DNA of 64,000 bases, from assembly GCA_965197905.1 (NCBI GenBank), contig CBDAOB010000005.1:352001-416000 (forward strand), given 5' to 3'. Positions 29,796 through 41,477 of the stretch are shown here, piece after piece. The translations under genes and the position numbers were made by a program. The DNA is from Candidatus Latescibacterota bacterium (GTDB taxonomy: Bacteria > Latescibacterota > UBA2968 > UBA8231). The notes under the pieces were generated by a model that saw only the letters and a list, made by a program, of their open reading frames with translations, ran no database searches and was not told the origin of the DNA. The stretch's first letter is position 1. Each line of letters starts with the position of its first letter.

Positions 29796-30908
29796 TCACA
29801 GTTCCGCCAGGTTCGCGCATCCGAGCTGGGTCATGTTGTTCTTCAGGTCCTGAATCAGGATCTCCGCCACATGGTCGCCACCGCGCCGGCCGAGCGCGGC
29901 AACGCCGAACATGAAGGCGCGACCGAGCAGCACGAAGTCCGCGCCAAGGGTCAGAGCGCGGGCGATGTCGAGCCCGCTCTCCACGCCGCTATCGAAGAGA
30001 ATCTTTGTTCGATGTCCGACGGCGCGCGCGATGTCGGGGAGCACCGAGATGGCGGCGGGAGCGCCGTCGAACTGGCGTCCGCCGTGGTTGGAGACCAAAA
30101 CTCCGTCGAAACCCACGTCCACCGCGCGCTCCGCCTGGGCGATATCGAGCAGGCCTTTGATCACGAGGGGTCCCTTCCATTCGTCTCGTACCGCCTGCAG
30201 GTAAGCCCAGTCGAGCGAACCGCCGAGCTCTTGGCCAATGAAGTTGAGCATGTCCTGCATGTCGCGCCCATCCAGGTATTTCTCCAGACCGTGGAAACGT
30301 GGCGGTCCGGCGCGCAAGGTCGCCAAGCTCCAGACGGGACGCACCGCGCAGCGATAGAGCATGAGCGGCGTGATTCTCGGCGGCACGGTGACCCCCGCGC
30401 GCGTCGGTCTTTCACGACGACTGACCGTGGGAACATCAGCCGTAACCAGCAGCGTGGTAAAACCTGTATCGCGAGCGCGGGCGAGCAGATCGCGACGTAT
30501 GTCGGCCCGGCGCGGTGGATAGAGCTGGAACCAACCCATCCCATCGGCCAGGGGACCGATGGTCTCCGGGGCTTCGGTTGCGGCAGTGCTGAGGGTATAG
30601 GGGAAGCGGTATTTCGCCGCTGTGCTGGCAAGGATCTGCTCGGCCTGTGGCCAAATCAACCCGGTCAGTCCGACGGGCGAAACGCCAAAGGGCGTGCCAT
30701 ACCGGACCCCGAACAGGGTGGTCGAGATGTCCGGATCAAACACGCCCTTCATGAACTGCGGGATCAGGGTGACGGCTGCCAATGCTTCGCGATTGCGCCG
30801 CACGCATTCATCGGCGCCGGTGCCGCTATCGAGATATTCCCAGGCGAAGTGTGGAATGCGCCGTCGTGCCCGCCGCCGTAGATCGGCGATGGCCGGATAG
30901 CGGTCCAT
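29796..30908 (-). CDS. FMN-dependent alpha-hydroxy acid dehydrogenase/oxidase
   Basis: WFQLY, IKG, SNHGGRQ, DSGV.SG.D and LGRAF motifs; start set at MDRYP. Confidence 0.92.
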   Translation of the reverse strand: MDRYPAIADLRRRARRRIPHFAWEYLDSGTGADECVRRNREALAAVTLIPQFMKGVFDPDISTTLFGVRYGTPFGVSPVGLTGLIWPQAEQILASTAAKYRFPYTLSTAATEAPETIGPLADGMGWFQLYPPRRADIRRDLLARARDTGFTTLLVTADVPTVSRRERPTRAGVTVPPRITPLMLYRCAVRPVWSLATLRAGPPRFHGLEKYLDGRDMQDMLNFIGQELGGSLDWAYLQAVRDEWKGPLVIKGLLDIAQAERAVDVGFDGVLVSNHGGRQFDGAPAAISVLPDIARAVGHRTKILFDSGVESGLDIARALTLGADFVLLGRAFMFGVAALGRRGGDHVAEILIQDLKNNMTQLGCANLAEL

Positions 30909-30919
30909 GAGATTATTGC

Positions 30920-31609
30920 TCAAAAGTCGTACATCCGGTTCTGAACCTGGACCTGCAGCAACGAGGCGCTGCCGTCCTCTGTCACCCTTACCTGCGCGCG
31001 AACCTCTTCCGGGTAGGCCAGTAGATCCTCCTTGAACCGCTGCCGCTCGTTCTGCGGCACGAAGTAGGAATCGATGTCGCGGTAGGCGATCGACTTTCGC
31101 ATGACCCAGGCGCCGGCGATGGCTCTGTCTCGCTGCTCGCGATCGATGTTCCGCGGCATCTCTCCAGTCACGATCGAGTCCGCCGCCCAGGAGCCATCCG
31201 CCTCTTTGCGCAGAAACGCGTTGATTTGCATCCCCCGATCGATCACCTCTCCTTTGATCGCCACCTGACCCTCTGGTAACGCAGCGGGACGCTCTCCGTG
31301 GACCGTCCGCAGACCGCTCCACAACCCCGGTTGGGTCTCCGTCACCACGACGTAGGTCGCCTCGCCCGATCTCAGCGTCCGGTCCGCATCGGCCATGATC
31401 GCATCGACAAACTGGGCTGGATCCGAGATGTCGTAGGTCAGGTTGACATACTGCCCCCGCATCACATCCTGATTGTTTCCTCCTGCGTGCACAGCAAGCC
31501 AAATCGTCCGTGACGCAGAATCATCCGCTTCACGCTCCCACGGCAGCGCCGCCAACAGTGCCACCTGCGCTACCAGCGCCAGCGCAAACCAAACCGTGCG
31601 CGCGCTCAT
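30920..31609 (-). CDS. GDYXXLXY domain-containing membrane-anchored protein
   Basis: N-terminal TM, DVMRGQYVNLTYDIS, IDSYFVP; ATGA-coupled to the DUF2157 gene. Confidence 0.75.
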   Translation of the reverse strand: MSARTVWFALALVAQVALLAALPWEREADDSASRTIWLAVHAGGNNQDVMRGQYVNLTYDISDPAQFVDAIMADADRTLRSGEATYVVVTETQPGLWSGLRTVHGERPAALPEGQVAIKGEVIDRGMQINAFLRKEADGSWAADSIVTGEMPRNIDREQRDRAIAGAWVMRKSIAYRDIDSYFVPQNERQRFKEDLLAYPEEVRAQVRVTEDGSASLLQVQVQNRMYDF

Positions 31610-32898
31610 GCCGTCCCCTTCGCTTTTAGGAAACGCTCGAAACGCACACCTCCGAGTGTGACTCCGATGCCACATAGAATGAACACGGCCGACTTCACCA
31701 TCAGGTGTGTGTCCCATTCCAGAAACCGGCTGACGATGACGAGGATAAGCAGCCCCAGCCCCAACCAGAATTCCCGCCGCTGGCCTTCCGTAACCGCCTC
31801 CCACAGCAACACGCCCGCTACCATCAGCAGCGCGAGGTTTGCCGTTACCGGGAGGACGATGTCGTTTCCAACGGCGATTCCGAGAGTCACCAGCGGGGCG
31901 GCCGCCAGCATCGCCAGATGTGTCCGCTGTCGCACCTGACCCCCGCCATGGGGGTGTCTCAGGGCTCCGAACCAGGCGACGGCAGCACCTAGATAAGCGA
32001 GGCCCAGCAGCACCGTCCACCACCAGCCCTCGGCCACCCATAGATTCTCCACAACCGTTTCAGCCGGTTCGTCGTGGAAAGAGAGTAAGTAGATGGGGAG
32101 CAAAAGGACGAGACTACCTAAGCCCAGCGCCGGCACGGCCATGGCCTCTGTCGACTCCCGCTGATCCAGCTGCAGACCGAGCCCTCGCGCCAGCGCACCG
32201 AGCGCTATCAGGGTCGCGTACACGGCCCATTCCTGCCCGCTATCCGTACCGGCTGCCGTTGCCACCGCCGCCCCTCCGGCAATCAGAACGCCCGTAAACG
32301 TTAACACACAACGGCGCAGGAGGAACGGAAAAGAGACGACACAAAGCAGGAGGGGATACCAACAGAATCCGTGCGGATTCGAGTCGATCCATCCGATCGA
32401 CCAGACCAGGCTGGTGATACAGGCGAGAAGCATGACCGGGCTGCTGAAGGTCGCGTAGGCCAGCGCCAGCGCGCCCAGGGTCCAGATACCGAACGCACCG
32501 TGCGTTTCACCGCGCAAGTGGTACATCTGGGCGATCAGAAAGATGCTGGCGCCGAAGACGAGCGCTCCGACCAGGATCAGCGCCTGTCCCAGATACGGCC
32601 TCGTCCCCTTCACCTTCCAGAGAACAAAGCCGGCGATCTCGCAGCCCAGCATGGTCGTCACCAGGAGTCCGATGCGCACCGAGATGGGAATCGAATCCCA
32701 GTTGGCCGCCACGAAGCTGATCGCCCCGCCGCCGATAAGCGCCGCACCGAGGATATAAATCGTCGGTAGCAGCAAGCTGGTGGTGGACATCGCGTCACCG
32801 GCATAACGCGCCTGAATCGCGTCCGCTTGACTCTGTTGGACGAGGCCGTCCCGAACCCAGTCGACCAGCTCGCGCCGCAACTCAGATACAAAATTCAT
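31606..32898 (-). CDS. DUF2157 family membrane protein
   Basis: W..DGLV, FVAANW and IFLIAQMYHL motifs; many TM helices. Confidence 0.85.
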   Translation of the reverse strand: MNFVSELRRELVDWVRDGLVQQSQADAIQARYAGDAMSTTSLLLPTIYILGAALIGGGAISFVAANWDSIPISVRIGLLVTTMLGCEIAGFVLWKVKGTRPYLGQALILVGALVFGASIFLIAQMYHLRGETHGAFGIWTLGALALAYATFSSPVMLLACITSLVWSIGWIDSNPHGFCWYPLLLCVVSFPFLLRRCVLTFTGVLIAGGAAVATAAGTDSGQEWAVYATLIALGALARGLGLQLDQRESTEAMAVPALGLGSLVLLLPIYLLSFHDEPAETVVENLWVAEGWWWTVLLGLAYLGAAVAWFGALRHPHGGGQVRQRTHLAMLAAAPLVTLGIAVGNDIVLPVTANLALLMVAGVLLWEAVTEGQRREFWLGLGLLILVIVSRFLEWDTHLMVKSAVFILCGIGVTLGGVRFERFLKAKGTA

Positions 32899-33073
32899 CG
32901 GTTTCCACTTCGGTCTATGTCAGGCTATTCATAGCGAATCTTCCGCCCTGTCCGCGAAATGTAACCGTGGCTCGAGAGCGCTGTCAAGAACCTCTGCTTG
33001 ATTGGGGCCGCCGGGAGCTTTCCGACAGGGGACGGAATGACCATCTTGTGCGCAGGAAAGCCCACTCCCTACT

Positions 33074-33994
33074 ATGACAACAAAGAAACCGATCATGCCA
33101 GACGAGCACTCGGACGCGGGGACCTTCGAACGGCAGAAAGATGCGTTCGAAGGCTGGGTGCGGGCCGACGGCAGCTCGCCCTATCCTGCCGCGAAGGACC
33201 GCTACCACCTCTACGTGTTCTACGCTTGCCCTTGGGCCAGCCGGCTGATCATACTGCGCAGGATCATGGGGCTGGAGGAGATCATCAGCATGGATGTCGT
33301 CGATCCCATCCGTGACGAGGACGAAGGCTGGGCTTTCCGCGAGGGCCGGGGGCATGGCGTCGACACGGTGAACGGCTTCCGTTTTTTGAAGCAGGCCTAC
33401 CAGGCTTCCGATCCAACCTACACGGGCCGCGTTACCGTGCCCGTGCTGTGGGACAAGCGGACGAAGCGCATCGTCAGCAACAACGACGATCACCTGATGC
33501 GGATGTTCAACAGCGAGTTCAATGACTTCATCGACAATGCTGCGGATCTGTATCCGCCCTACCTGCGTTCTCAGATCGACGTTCTGAACGAGCGGATCTA
33601 CCACACGGTGAACAATGGGGTATATCGGGCGGGATTCTCCAGCACGCAATCGGCCTACGAGGCGGCGGTGCACCCGCTGTTCGAGACGCTCGACATGCTG
33701 GAGTCCCGGCTCGAGGGGCAGTGTTACCTGTTCGGGGATGACATCGTCGAGTCCGACTGGCGGCTCTTCGTGACCCTCATCCGCTTCGACGCCGTTTACT
33801 ACGTTCACTTCAAGTGCAATCTCCGCAGGATCATCGACTACCCGAATCTGCACGCCTACTTGAAGCGGCTATACGAGGTGGAGGGAGTGGCGGACACGGT
33901 GGACTTCGACCACATCAAACGGCACTATTATTACACCCACGACGACATCAACCCCTTCCGCATCGTGCCGGTGGGACCCAAGCGGATACTCTGA
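33074..33994 (+). CDS. Glutathionyl-hydroquinone reductase (YqjG/Xi-class GST)
   Basis: CPWA, TVPVLWD, NNGVY and RFDAVY..HFKCN motifs. Confidence 0.92.
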   Translation: MTTKKPIMPDEHSDAGTFERQKDAFEGWVRADGSSPYPAAKDRYHLYVFYACPWASRLIILRRIMGLEEIISMDVVDPIRDEDEGWAFREGRGHGVDTVNGFRFLKQAYQASDPTYTGRVTVPVLWDKRTKRIVSNNDDHLMRMFNSEFNDFIDNAADLYPPYLRSQIDVLNERIYHTVNNGVYRAGFSSTQSAYEAAVHPLFETLDMLESRLEGQCYLFGDDIVESDWRLFVTLIRFDAVYYVHFKCNLRRIIDYPNLHAYLKRLYEVEGVADTVDFDHIKRHYYYTHDDINPFRIVPVGPKRIL

Positions 33995-34003
33995 CCGATA
34001 CGA

Positions 34004-36412
34004 TCAGGAGTGCGCCTCGATTGTTTCTTCGGGGTCGGCTGGCAACCGCACGGTGAAGGTCGAGCCGATTCCCTCCTGGCTTTCCACGGAAATTCCGCCG
34101 CCCAGCATTTCGCAGAAGTGTTTGGTTATCGCCAGACCCAGACCGGTGCCGCCGAATTTTCGCGTCGTCGATGCATCGGCTTGAACGAACGCATCGAATA
34201 CGCGCTCCACTTGTTCCGCGCTCATGCCGATTCCGCTGTCTCGCACCTGCATCTCCAACCACTCGCGGCCGGCCGTCGCCGAGCGACGGATTCGAAAATC
34301 GATGTCGCCGTCGGTTGTGAACTTGGTTGCATTGGACAACATGTTGAAGAGTATCTGCCGGATTTTTGTCTGATCGGTGCGGAACTCTCCCAGTGACGAT
34401 TGAATATCCACCGTCAAGGTGTTGTTGTTCGCTTCCACGAGCGGCGTCACCGTCGCAAGAATCTCACTGATCAGACCGTCTACATCGACCGATTCCAAAA
34501 AGATCTCTATGTGGCCGGCTTCGATTTTAGACAGATCGAGAACGTTGTTGATCAGCGAGAAAAGATGAGTACCCGCTGTTTTAATTTTGGACAGGTCGTC
34601 AGACAGCTCTGGAATAGCCCGATCCTCGGCTTCCTCCAACAATATTTCGCTGTAGCCGATGATCGCGTTCAATGGTGTGCGTAGTTCGTGACTCATGTTG
34701 GCCAGAAACTCGCTCTTGGCGCGGTTCGCCGACTCAGCTTCCTCTTTGGCCTGCTGCAATGCATGCTCAATCCTCGTGCGCTCGATGATCTCGCTGCTCA
34801 GATCGCGATTGACATTCGACAGCTCGGCGGTGCGTTCGGCCACGACCTGCTCGACTCGGGCGGTACGCCCTGTGACCATGAGCAAAAAGGCTTCCAGCAA
34901 GCCGGTGAACATCAGACCAGCTGCCAGCACCATCCACCTTTGCCAGGTCCGCTGGGCTGCGAGGTACTCGGCGGTGGAGGAAAAGCGCAAGACCCAGCGG
35001 CGGTCGGCGACGTTAAACTCCGTCGCCCAGCTTAGCTCGGTCACAGCTTTTGCCTTGCCGCCACGCTCGAAGAGCCGTCTGTCATCGCTGCCGGCGCTTT
35101 CATCCTCAATAACCAGATGAATGCCCGCCGCATCGACGCCTTCTAGGGCGGCCTCCACTACGTTGCCGATGCGGAAGACCCCCAGGGCGAAACCCTGCAG
35201 GTTAAGCCGCCGCTGAGCGACCGTCGTGTCGGGAGCACCTGGCCGGTAGATGGGAAGAAAAACCAGGAAAGCATATTGATCGCCAGTCTCCTGGACGAGC
35301 CTTATACGGCTCGTGGCCACTGGTCCGTCCAGGTCCCTTGCCCGCTTTAGCGCTTTCAGGCGGGTGGGGTTGGAGGCCAGATCGAACCCCAACGCCCGCT
35401 CGTTTCCTTGATATGGCTGGACGAAATAGACCGGGAAATATTCGTCTCGACGACCGGCGCGAACCATTTCGCCGCCGCCCGTTTTTTCAGTGATCTGGAA
35501 GTCTGGATGACCCTCCCGGCGAGCTTTCTCCTCGTAGCCGTCACGCTGGTCATTGCGGACGTGGGGAATCCACTCTAGGGCTTGGATTCCTGCGTTTCTT
35601 CGATACATGCTTTCCGCAAAAGTGCGGAAATCGTCTCTCCCCACGGTGTCAGAACTGGCGTAGAAACTCTGAATGGAGTAGAGGGCGTCCAGGTAACTCT
35701 TGAGGTTCAATTTCGCATTCTGGGCGATGGCACTCACCCGACGCTCAAATGCCAATTGCAATCGCTGTTTCTCCCAGCTGCTGGTATAGCCGAAAACGAT
35801 GACAGCAAGGGTGAACGACACGCCCAGAGAAAGGGCCAATGGAAACCGGCGCTGCCGCCAGATTTGGCGTGGCTGACCGAGCCAGATCAGTACGAGTGGG
35901 GTGAAGATCAGCACGCCGATGGCGTCGCCCACCCACCAGGTGAACCAATTGAAGGCGACGGTGTTCAGCGTCACGGCGCCGGAGAAGAGAAGCGACGCAT
36001 TGGCCCAGGTGGCATTGATGAGGCAGCCGATCGGGCTGCCCAGCACCAGGAACTTCAACACGTCCTTGTCTTGGTCGAGAGGGCTCGGAAAACCCACGAA
36101 GCGATGTATTAGAAAAGCTCCGGCCACAGCCTGCAGCGCTGCCCCGACCGCAATGCTGGCAGCCGGCCACAGGACCGCCACGGAGGCGGCTTGGCCCCCT
36201 GTTCCCAGCGAGATTTCGCTGTTGAGCAGCATCGACCCAATCAGCACGCCGGGCCAGACGCGGTAGCCGTAGATCAGCACTGCAACCAGCGCCAGTCCAG
36301 ATGGCGGCCAAACGGCCGTGGCATAGCCGGGGGGAATGGCCAGCAACAAGCCCGCCTTGCCGCTCAAGTAATAGGCGGCTGTCATGGCGAGGATGGTAAC
36401 CCAGTGACGCAT
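34004..36412 (-). CDS. MASE1-CHASE sensor histidine kinase
   Basis: VWPPSG and WWVGD (MASE1), ALGFDL and LVQE (CHASE), [21 protein letters not shown]. Confidence 0.92.
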   Translation of the reverse strand: MRHWVTILAMTAAYYLSGKAGLLLAIPPGYATAVWPPSGLALVAVLIYGYRVWPGVLIGSMLLNSEISLGTGGQAASVAVLWPAASIAVGAALQAVAGAFLIHRFVGFPSPLDQDKDVLKFLVLGSPIGCLINATWANASLLFSGAVTLNTVAFNWFTWWVGDAIGVLIFTPLVLIWLGQPRQIWRQRRFPLALSLGVSFTLAVIVFGYTSSWEKQRLQLAFERRVSAIAQNAKLNLKSYLDALYSIQSFYASSDTVGRDDFRTFAESMYRRNAGIQALEWIPHVRNDQRDGYEEKARREGHPDFQITEKTGGGEMVRAGRRDEYFPVYFVQPYQGNERALGFDLASNPTRLKALKRARDLDGPVATSRIRLVQETGDQYAFLVFLPIYRPGAPDTTVAQRRLNLQGFALGVFRIGNVVEAALEGVDAAGIHLVIEDESAGSDDRRLFERGGKAKAVTELSWATEFNVADRRWVLRFSSTAEYLAAQRTWQRWMVLAAGLMFTGLLEAFLLMVTGRTARVEQVVAERTAELSNVNRDLSSEIIERTRIEHALQQAKEEAESANRAKSEFLANMSHELRTPLNAIIGYSEILLEEAEDRAIPELSDDLSKIKTAGTHLFSLINNVLDLSKIEAGHIEIFLESVDVDGLISEILATVTPLVEANNNTLTVDIQSSLGEFRTDQTKIRQILFNMLSNATKFTTDGDIDFRIRRSATAGREWLEMQVRDSGIGMSAEQVERVFDAFVQADASTTRKFGGTGLGLAITKHFCEMLGGGISVESQEGIGSTFTVRLPADPEETIEAHS

Positions 36413-36632
36413 ATTCTCGTTTTAAACGGGTAGTGATTGGACGCGGATGGCGGTAGGTCGGTGGCCAGCAAGCTGACAGCCCATTAAGTAATGTAGCGCC
36501 ACTACACTGTCAATCCATGGTGCTGGGTTATCAATGCTGCCTACCCACAGGTTGGGTTTGCTTGATGGTCGAGCGTCGAGATCGTACCATCTGACGGTTT
36601 GCAGCATTCGCACATTCAAGATCACCGGCCAA

Positions 36633-37028
36633 ATGGAGTCGATCGAACTCGCCGTCAACGGGACGCTCATGCGCGGTTTGGCGCTCAACGGCAATCTGCT
36701 CGCAGCTGGAGGGCGCTTTGTGAGTGAGAGCGCCACGGCACCGTGCTATAGGATGTGGTCCATCGATGACGACCACCCGGGCATGATGCGCGCGAACTGC
36801 GGCGGAGGCGGGCGCATTGCCCTCGAGATCTGGGCCCTTCCTCTGGAAGGGATTGCAGCCGTCCTGCTGCAGGAACCTGCCGGTCTGTGCATCGGTCGCA
36901 TTGATCTTGAGGATGGCCGGCAGGTTCTTGGGGTCCTGGCCGAGCCGGTTCTGTGCGAAGGCCAAAAGGAGATTACGGGATGGGGAGGTTGGCGCGCCTA
37001 CGTGGCCTCTCTATCGGCAGCATCCTGA
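36633..37028 (+). CDS. Allophanate-hydrolase C-terminal-like / gamma-glutamylcyclotransferase-fold protein
   Basis: LAVNGTLMRGLALN, EPAGLCIG and EITGWGGWRAY motifs. Confidence 0.8.
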   Translation: MESIELAVNGTLMRGLALNGNLLAAGGRFVSESATAPCYRMWSIDDDHPGMMRANCGGGGRIALEIWALPLEGIAAVLLQEPAGLCIGRIDLEDGRQVLGVLAEPVLCEGQKEITGWGGWRAYVASLSAAS

Positions 37029-37133
37029 TGGTGGGTTGGGACGTACGCGGCGCGACTTGACGCAACTACCGATGAGCCGTTTACGCGTCCTATCCCAAGC
37101 AGTTACAGAAAAACACGAATCGGAGACACAGTC

Positions 37134-38786
37134 ATGACAAACACAATGCCACGGCCGGCGGTTTCCAACCGCGTCGCAGACCAGATAGCGGCCGCGTTGA
37201 AGAGCAACGATGTTCCCTACGTCTTCGGCATACCTGGAGGGGGGAGCTCCATCGACCTGATAGAGGCCTGCTACAACCAGGACATCCCGTTCGTCCTGAC
37301 CCAGCACGAAACAACGGCCGCGATGATGGGAATCGTCGCCGGCGAGTTGACCGGCACCTGCGGGGTGTGCCTTTCGATCATGGGGCCGGGCGCGACCAAC
37401 GCGGCCAGCGGCGCCATCTACGCCCACCTGGAACGTCATCCGCTGCTCTGCGTGACTGAGCGCTATTCACCCGCCCAGGCGCCGGCGACCTCGATGCAGA
37501 AGATCGATCATCCTCAATTCTTCAGACCCGTCGCCAAAACGTCCGTGACCCTCGACGCCGAGGATCCTGGCCTGCAGATCTCGAACGCCATACGGACAGC
37601 CATGGCCGAACGACCGGGTAACGTGCACATCGATTTTCCCCAGAACCTCGACTCCACCACGCCAGGCTCCTCTTCTGGGCCGTCCCAGAAGGCGGCGGAC
37701 GCGCCCACCCCCATCCAAGGCGACCTGGATGCCATCGCCTCCGCAATCAACGCCGCCGAGAGACCAATCCTTGTTGCCGGGCCGGCTGTGGTACGCCAGG
37801 GCGCGGAAAGCAACCTGCTCTCCCTGGCGGAGAAGCTGCAAGCCGCGGTGATGGCGACGTCGAAGGCAAGAGGTGTCATACCGGAGACCCACTCTCTTTA
37901 CGCAGGTGTAATGTCGGGCGTGTACGCGCCGAACACCCTCGAGACCCACTTCATCGACCGCAGCGATCTGGTGGTCGCTGTCGGCCTCGACCGAGTCGAG
38001 CTCTTGAGCCCGTGGAAACACACGCAGCAGCTTGTCACCCTTGACGCAATACCGGTCGCGCCCGAAGAGGTGGTGGGGGAACCGGCCCACATCGCCAGCG
38101 GTGCCCTACCCGAGCTGCTCGACGCGCTGACTAGCGGCGTAAGGCGACGGGATACGTGGGACACAGCTGACATCGCGCGTTTCTGGAGCGACGCCATGCA
38201 CCAGCTCGGTGGGTCGGACCCCAATCTCAATGCAACCGTCGCGCTTCTCGCCGCCCGCCGCCTGTCACCGGAGGATGCGATTCTGACGACCGAAGCCGGC
38301 GTCTACGGCAGGGTCAACCTCTACGCCTGGAAGGTTTACGCCCCCACCACCTACTTCGATTCGAGCGGCTCCAACACAATGGGCTTCTCGATCCCCGCGG
38401 GTTTGGCTGCGTCATTGGTCAGACCCGCCCAGAAAACCATCTCCCTCATCGGCGATGCCGGCATGCTTATGCGGGCTGGCGAGCTCGAGGTGGCGGCTCG
38501 GCTGAAGCTTGCGCCGGTAATCGTCGTGTTCGACGACACCACACTGGGGATGATCCGGATCAAGCAGCGCTCGAAGGGGTATGCGCGTGAAGGTGTCGAT
38601 ATTGCGCAGACGGACTTTGTCCGCCTCGCAGAGAGCTTTGGAGGCGTAGGAACGAAGGTGCACACGCGGGAAGAGTTCGAATCGGCATTTAAAAAAGCCC
38701 TCGACGCGAATCAGCTCCACCTGATCGATGTACGGCTGGATCCCGACACCTATGCAGCCCACGTCACGCCGATTCGAGGCGCATGA
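37134..38786 (+). CDS. Thiamine pyrophosphate-dependent enzyme (acetolactate synthase-like)
   Basis: FGIPGG, HE, GPGATN, RPGNVHIDFP, TMGF and GDAG motifs. Confidence 0.9.
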   Translation: MTNTMPRPAVSNRVADQIAAALKSNDVPYVFGIPGGGSSIDLIEACYNQDIPFVLTQHETTAAMMGIVAGELTGTCGVCLSIMGPGATNAASGAIYAHLERHPLLCVTERYSPAQAPATSMQKIDHPQFFRPVAKTSVTLDAEDPGLQISNAIRTAMAERPGNVHIDFPQNLDSTTPGSSSGPSQKAADAPTPIQGDLDAIASAINAAERPILVAGPAVVRQGAESNLLSLAEKLQAAVMATSKARGVIPETHSLYAGVMSGVYAPNTLETHFIDRSDLVVAVGLDRVELLSPWKHTQQLVTLDAIPVAPEEVVGEPAHIASGALPELLDALTSGVRRRDTWDTADIARFWSDAMHQLGGSDPNLNATVALLAARRLSPEDAILTTEAGVYGRVNLYAWKVYAPTTYFDSSGSNTMGFSIPAGLAASLVRPAQKTISLIGDAGMLMRAGELEVAARLKLAPVIVVFDDTTLGMIRIKQRSKGYAREGVDIAQTDFVRLAESFGGVGTKVHTREEFESAFKKALDANQLHLIDVRLDPDTYAAHVTPIRGA

Positions 38787-38896
38787 TCCGGAATGCATTG
38801 GCGGCGCAATACAAGGATTAGACCGTTTCTTTCGTTCTGAACCAGCGAATACCCTGAATACGACTTCGTATCTGAACCATTAGGAATCTAACTACC

Positions 38897-39871
38897 ATGG
38901 ATAGGCTGCTGGATAGAGATTGGGAACGCGGGGTGGTCCGCTATCCGGATCCAGCTGTGGAGGTAATCGATCCGCGTTTCAAACCATACATACTGGGGAC
39001 TGCTGCTGTGGAACGCCTCTACACCGGTGCTCGCTGGTCAGAAGGGCCCGTCTGGTTCGGCGATGGCCGTTACCTGTTATGGAGCGATATCCCCAACAAC
39101 CGCATCCTGCGTTGGACCGAGGAGACCGGTGTAGTCAGTGAATTTCGTCGTCCTTCCAACAATACCAACGGGAATACCCGCGATAAGCAGGGACGTCTCA
39201 TTTCCTGCGAACATGAGACCCGTCGCATCACCCGCACGGAATACGACGGCAGCATCACCGTCGTGATGGATCAGTTCGGGGGTAAGCGTTTAAATGCCCC
39301 AAACGACGTTGTGGTGCACCGCGACGGCCATGTCTGGTTTACTGATCCCGGCTACGGTATTTTGATGAATTATGAGGGCAACAAGGCACCGTTCGAGCTG
39401 CCAACCAACGTCTATCGGGTCAATCCCGAGAATGGTGTTGCGACGGTAGCTACCGACGAGCTGGAAAAGCCGAACGGCCTCTGCTTCTCACCGGACTATA
39501 AGAAACTCTATGTTGTCGATACCGGGGCCTCGCACAGGACCGACCATCCGCACCATATTCTGATCTACGATGTAGCTAACAACAGCCGCCTGACCAACGG
39601 TCGGGTCTTCTGCGACATGGGACCGTCTATGTCCGACGGTATCCGCTGCGATATCGATGGTAACCTGTGGTGCAGCGCAGGCTGGGCGGGGGATGGTTGT
39701 AACGGCGTCTACGTGTTCGCACCGGATGGTGATCTTATCGGCAAGATTCATCTGCCTGAAACAGCAGCCAACCTGTGTTTTGGGGGACGCAAACGAAACC
39801 GGCTCTTCATCGCCGCCAGTCAATCTCTCTATTCGCTTTACGTAGAAACCCAGGGCGCTCAGAAGCTTTGA
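38897..39871 (+). CDS. SMP-30/gluconolactonase family
   Basis: EGPVW, NAPNDV, FTDPGYG, PNGLCFSPD and DGIRCD motifs. Confidence 0.92.
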   Translation: MDRLLDRDWERGVVRYPDPAVEVIDPRFKPYILGTAAVERLYTGARWSEGPVWFGDGRYLLWSDIPNNRILRWTEETGVVSEFRRPSNNTNGNTRDKQGRLISCEHETRRITRTEYDGSITVVMDQFGGKRLNAPNDVVVHRDGHVWFTDPGYGILMNYEGNKAPFELPTNVYRVNPENGVATVATDELEKPNGLCFSPDYKKLYVVDTGASHRTDHPHHILIYDVANNSRLTNGRVFCDMGPSMSDGIRCDIDGNLWCSAGWAGDGCNGVYVFAPDGDLIGKIHLPETAANLCFGGRKRNRLFIAASQSLYSLYVETQGAQKL

Positions 39872-39881
39872 AAGGAGCACC

Positions 39882-41427
39882 ATGATCCTCTTCCACAACG
39901 GTCGTCTCATCGACGGCTCTGGGAAGCCATCGCGGCAAGCCTCGGTTCTCGTCCACGATCAGCATGTCGAAGCGGTTGGTGACATCGACCCCAGCCCCGA
40001 TACGGAAGTCGTCGACTGTTCCGGTCTCGTCATCGCGCCTGGTTTCATCGATGTGCACAGTCACGCGGATCTAGAGGTCCTCGAGCACCGGACCGAGAAG
40101 GTCATGCAGGGGGTGACGACAGAGGTCGTCGGCAACTGTGGCTTCTCCGTATTTCCGCAGGTACCCTTAACCGGTCTCGCACCCGTCTTCGATATCGTGT
40201 TTCCCGATCGCGGTTCCAGAGAGTGGGAAGACGCGGAATCCTATTTCGAAGACCTGGAGAGTACGCAGAGCCGCACGAATGTTGCCGCCCTCACCGGCCA
40301 TTCCAGCCTCAGAGCCGGAGTTACCGGCATCAAGGCCGGACGCCTCGAGGGGTCCGACCTGCGCGAAGTCGAGCAGCGGCTGATCACCTGTCTTGAGCAG
40401 GGTTCGATCGGGATGTCCACGGGATTGAACGAGGTGCCCAGCAGCTACGGTGACTTCGAAGAGCTGGTCGGGCTGTGCCGCATCGTGCACCAGCACGGCG
40501 CCCTCTACACCAGCCACTTGAGAGACTACAAGTTCCACTTCGTCGAGGCGGTGCAGGAGGCGCTCGATCTGGGCCGGGAGTCCGGGGTCCCGGTGCAGCT
40601 ATCCCATCTGCAGGCGGCGGGACGAAAGAACTGGGACAAGATGGATCCGGTGCTCGCACTCATCGACCAAGCACATAGCGAGGGGGTCGACGTAGGTATA
40701 GATGCCTACCCCTATGTTGCCGGCTCCGCCAGCCTCACCCAGGTGCTGCCTATCTGGTGCATGGAAGGGGGCACCGAGCACCTCATGTCCCGTTTGACGG
40801 ACGCGGAAAGCCGCCAGCGCATCGCCGCCGACACCGACAGCGACATGTCCAATGGCTGGGAGGACATCATGCTGTCGAACATGGACAATCCTGAACTACA
40901 AGGGCTCATCGGCAAAACCATGCAGGATGTTGCGGATGAGCGTGGATGCCCTGGTGTAGAAGCTGCCCTGGACCTGCTGATCGAAAACGAGTGCGGGATC
41001 ATGATCGTCTCGTTCAATCAATCCGACGAGAATCTGCGCAAGGTGTTGACGCACCCACTGACGTCGATCATCACGGATGGTCTGATGACCGAGGGCAAAC
41101 CCCATCCCCGGACGTTCGGGACCTACCCCACGTTCCTCGGTGAATACGTGCGTGAGAAAGGCTGGATGTCATTGGAAGAGGCGATCCGCAAGGTGAGCGC
41201 GCTGCCGGCTAAACGTTTTTGCCTGGAGAAGCGAGGGCTGTTGAGGGCGTCTTATTGTGCAGACATCGTCGTGCTCTCAGCTGATGAGATCGGCACGCAA
41301 GCGAACTACGTGGATCCCGATCACCGCCCCCGAGGGCATCGAGCACGTGCTCATCAACGGGGCCTGGGCGCTGCGGCACGGGCGATTGGAGGAAGGATCG
41401 TGTTGCGGGCAGCCGCTCCGAGCTTGA
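39882..41427 (+). pseudogene. D-aminoacylase / amidohydrolase, frameshifted near 41330
   Basis: PGFIDVHSH, GNCG and PHPRTFGT motifs; removing one C from the run at about 41327-41331 restores PEGIEHVLING with TGA at 41425-41427. Confidence 0.85.
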
Positions 41428-41477
41428 GCGGACTACCGCTCTCGTCATGCGCGCTTGGCGGGACGTTACGACTGATC

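Noticed and set aside
30909..31502. N-terminal extension of the hydroxy-acid oxidase ORF
   Set aside because: Overlaps the GDYXXLXY gene in another frame; low-complexity Arg/Gly-rich translation
36413..36632. Guanidine riboswitch upstream of the allophanate-hydrolase-like gene
   Set aside because: I could not find the ykkC or mini-ykkC consensus elements
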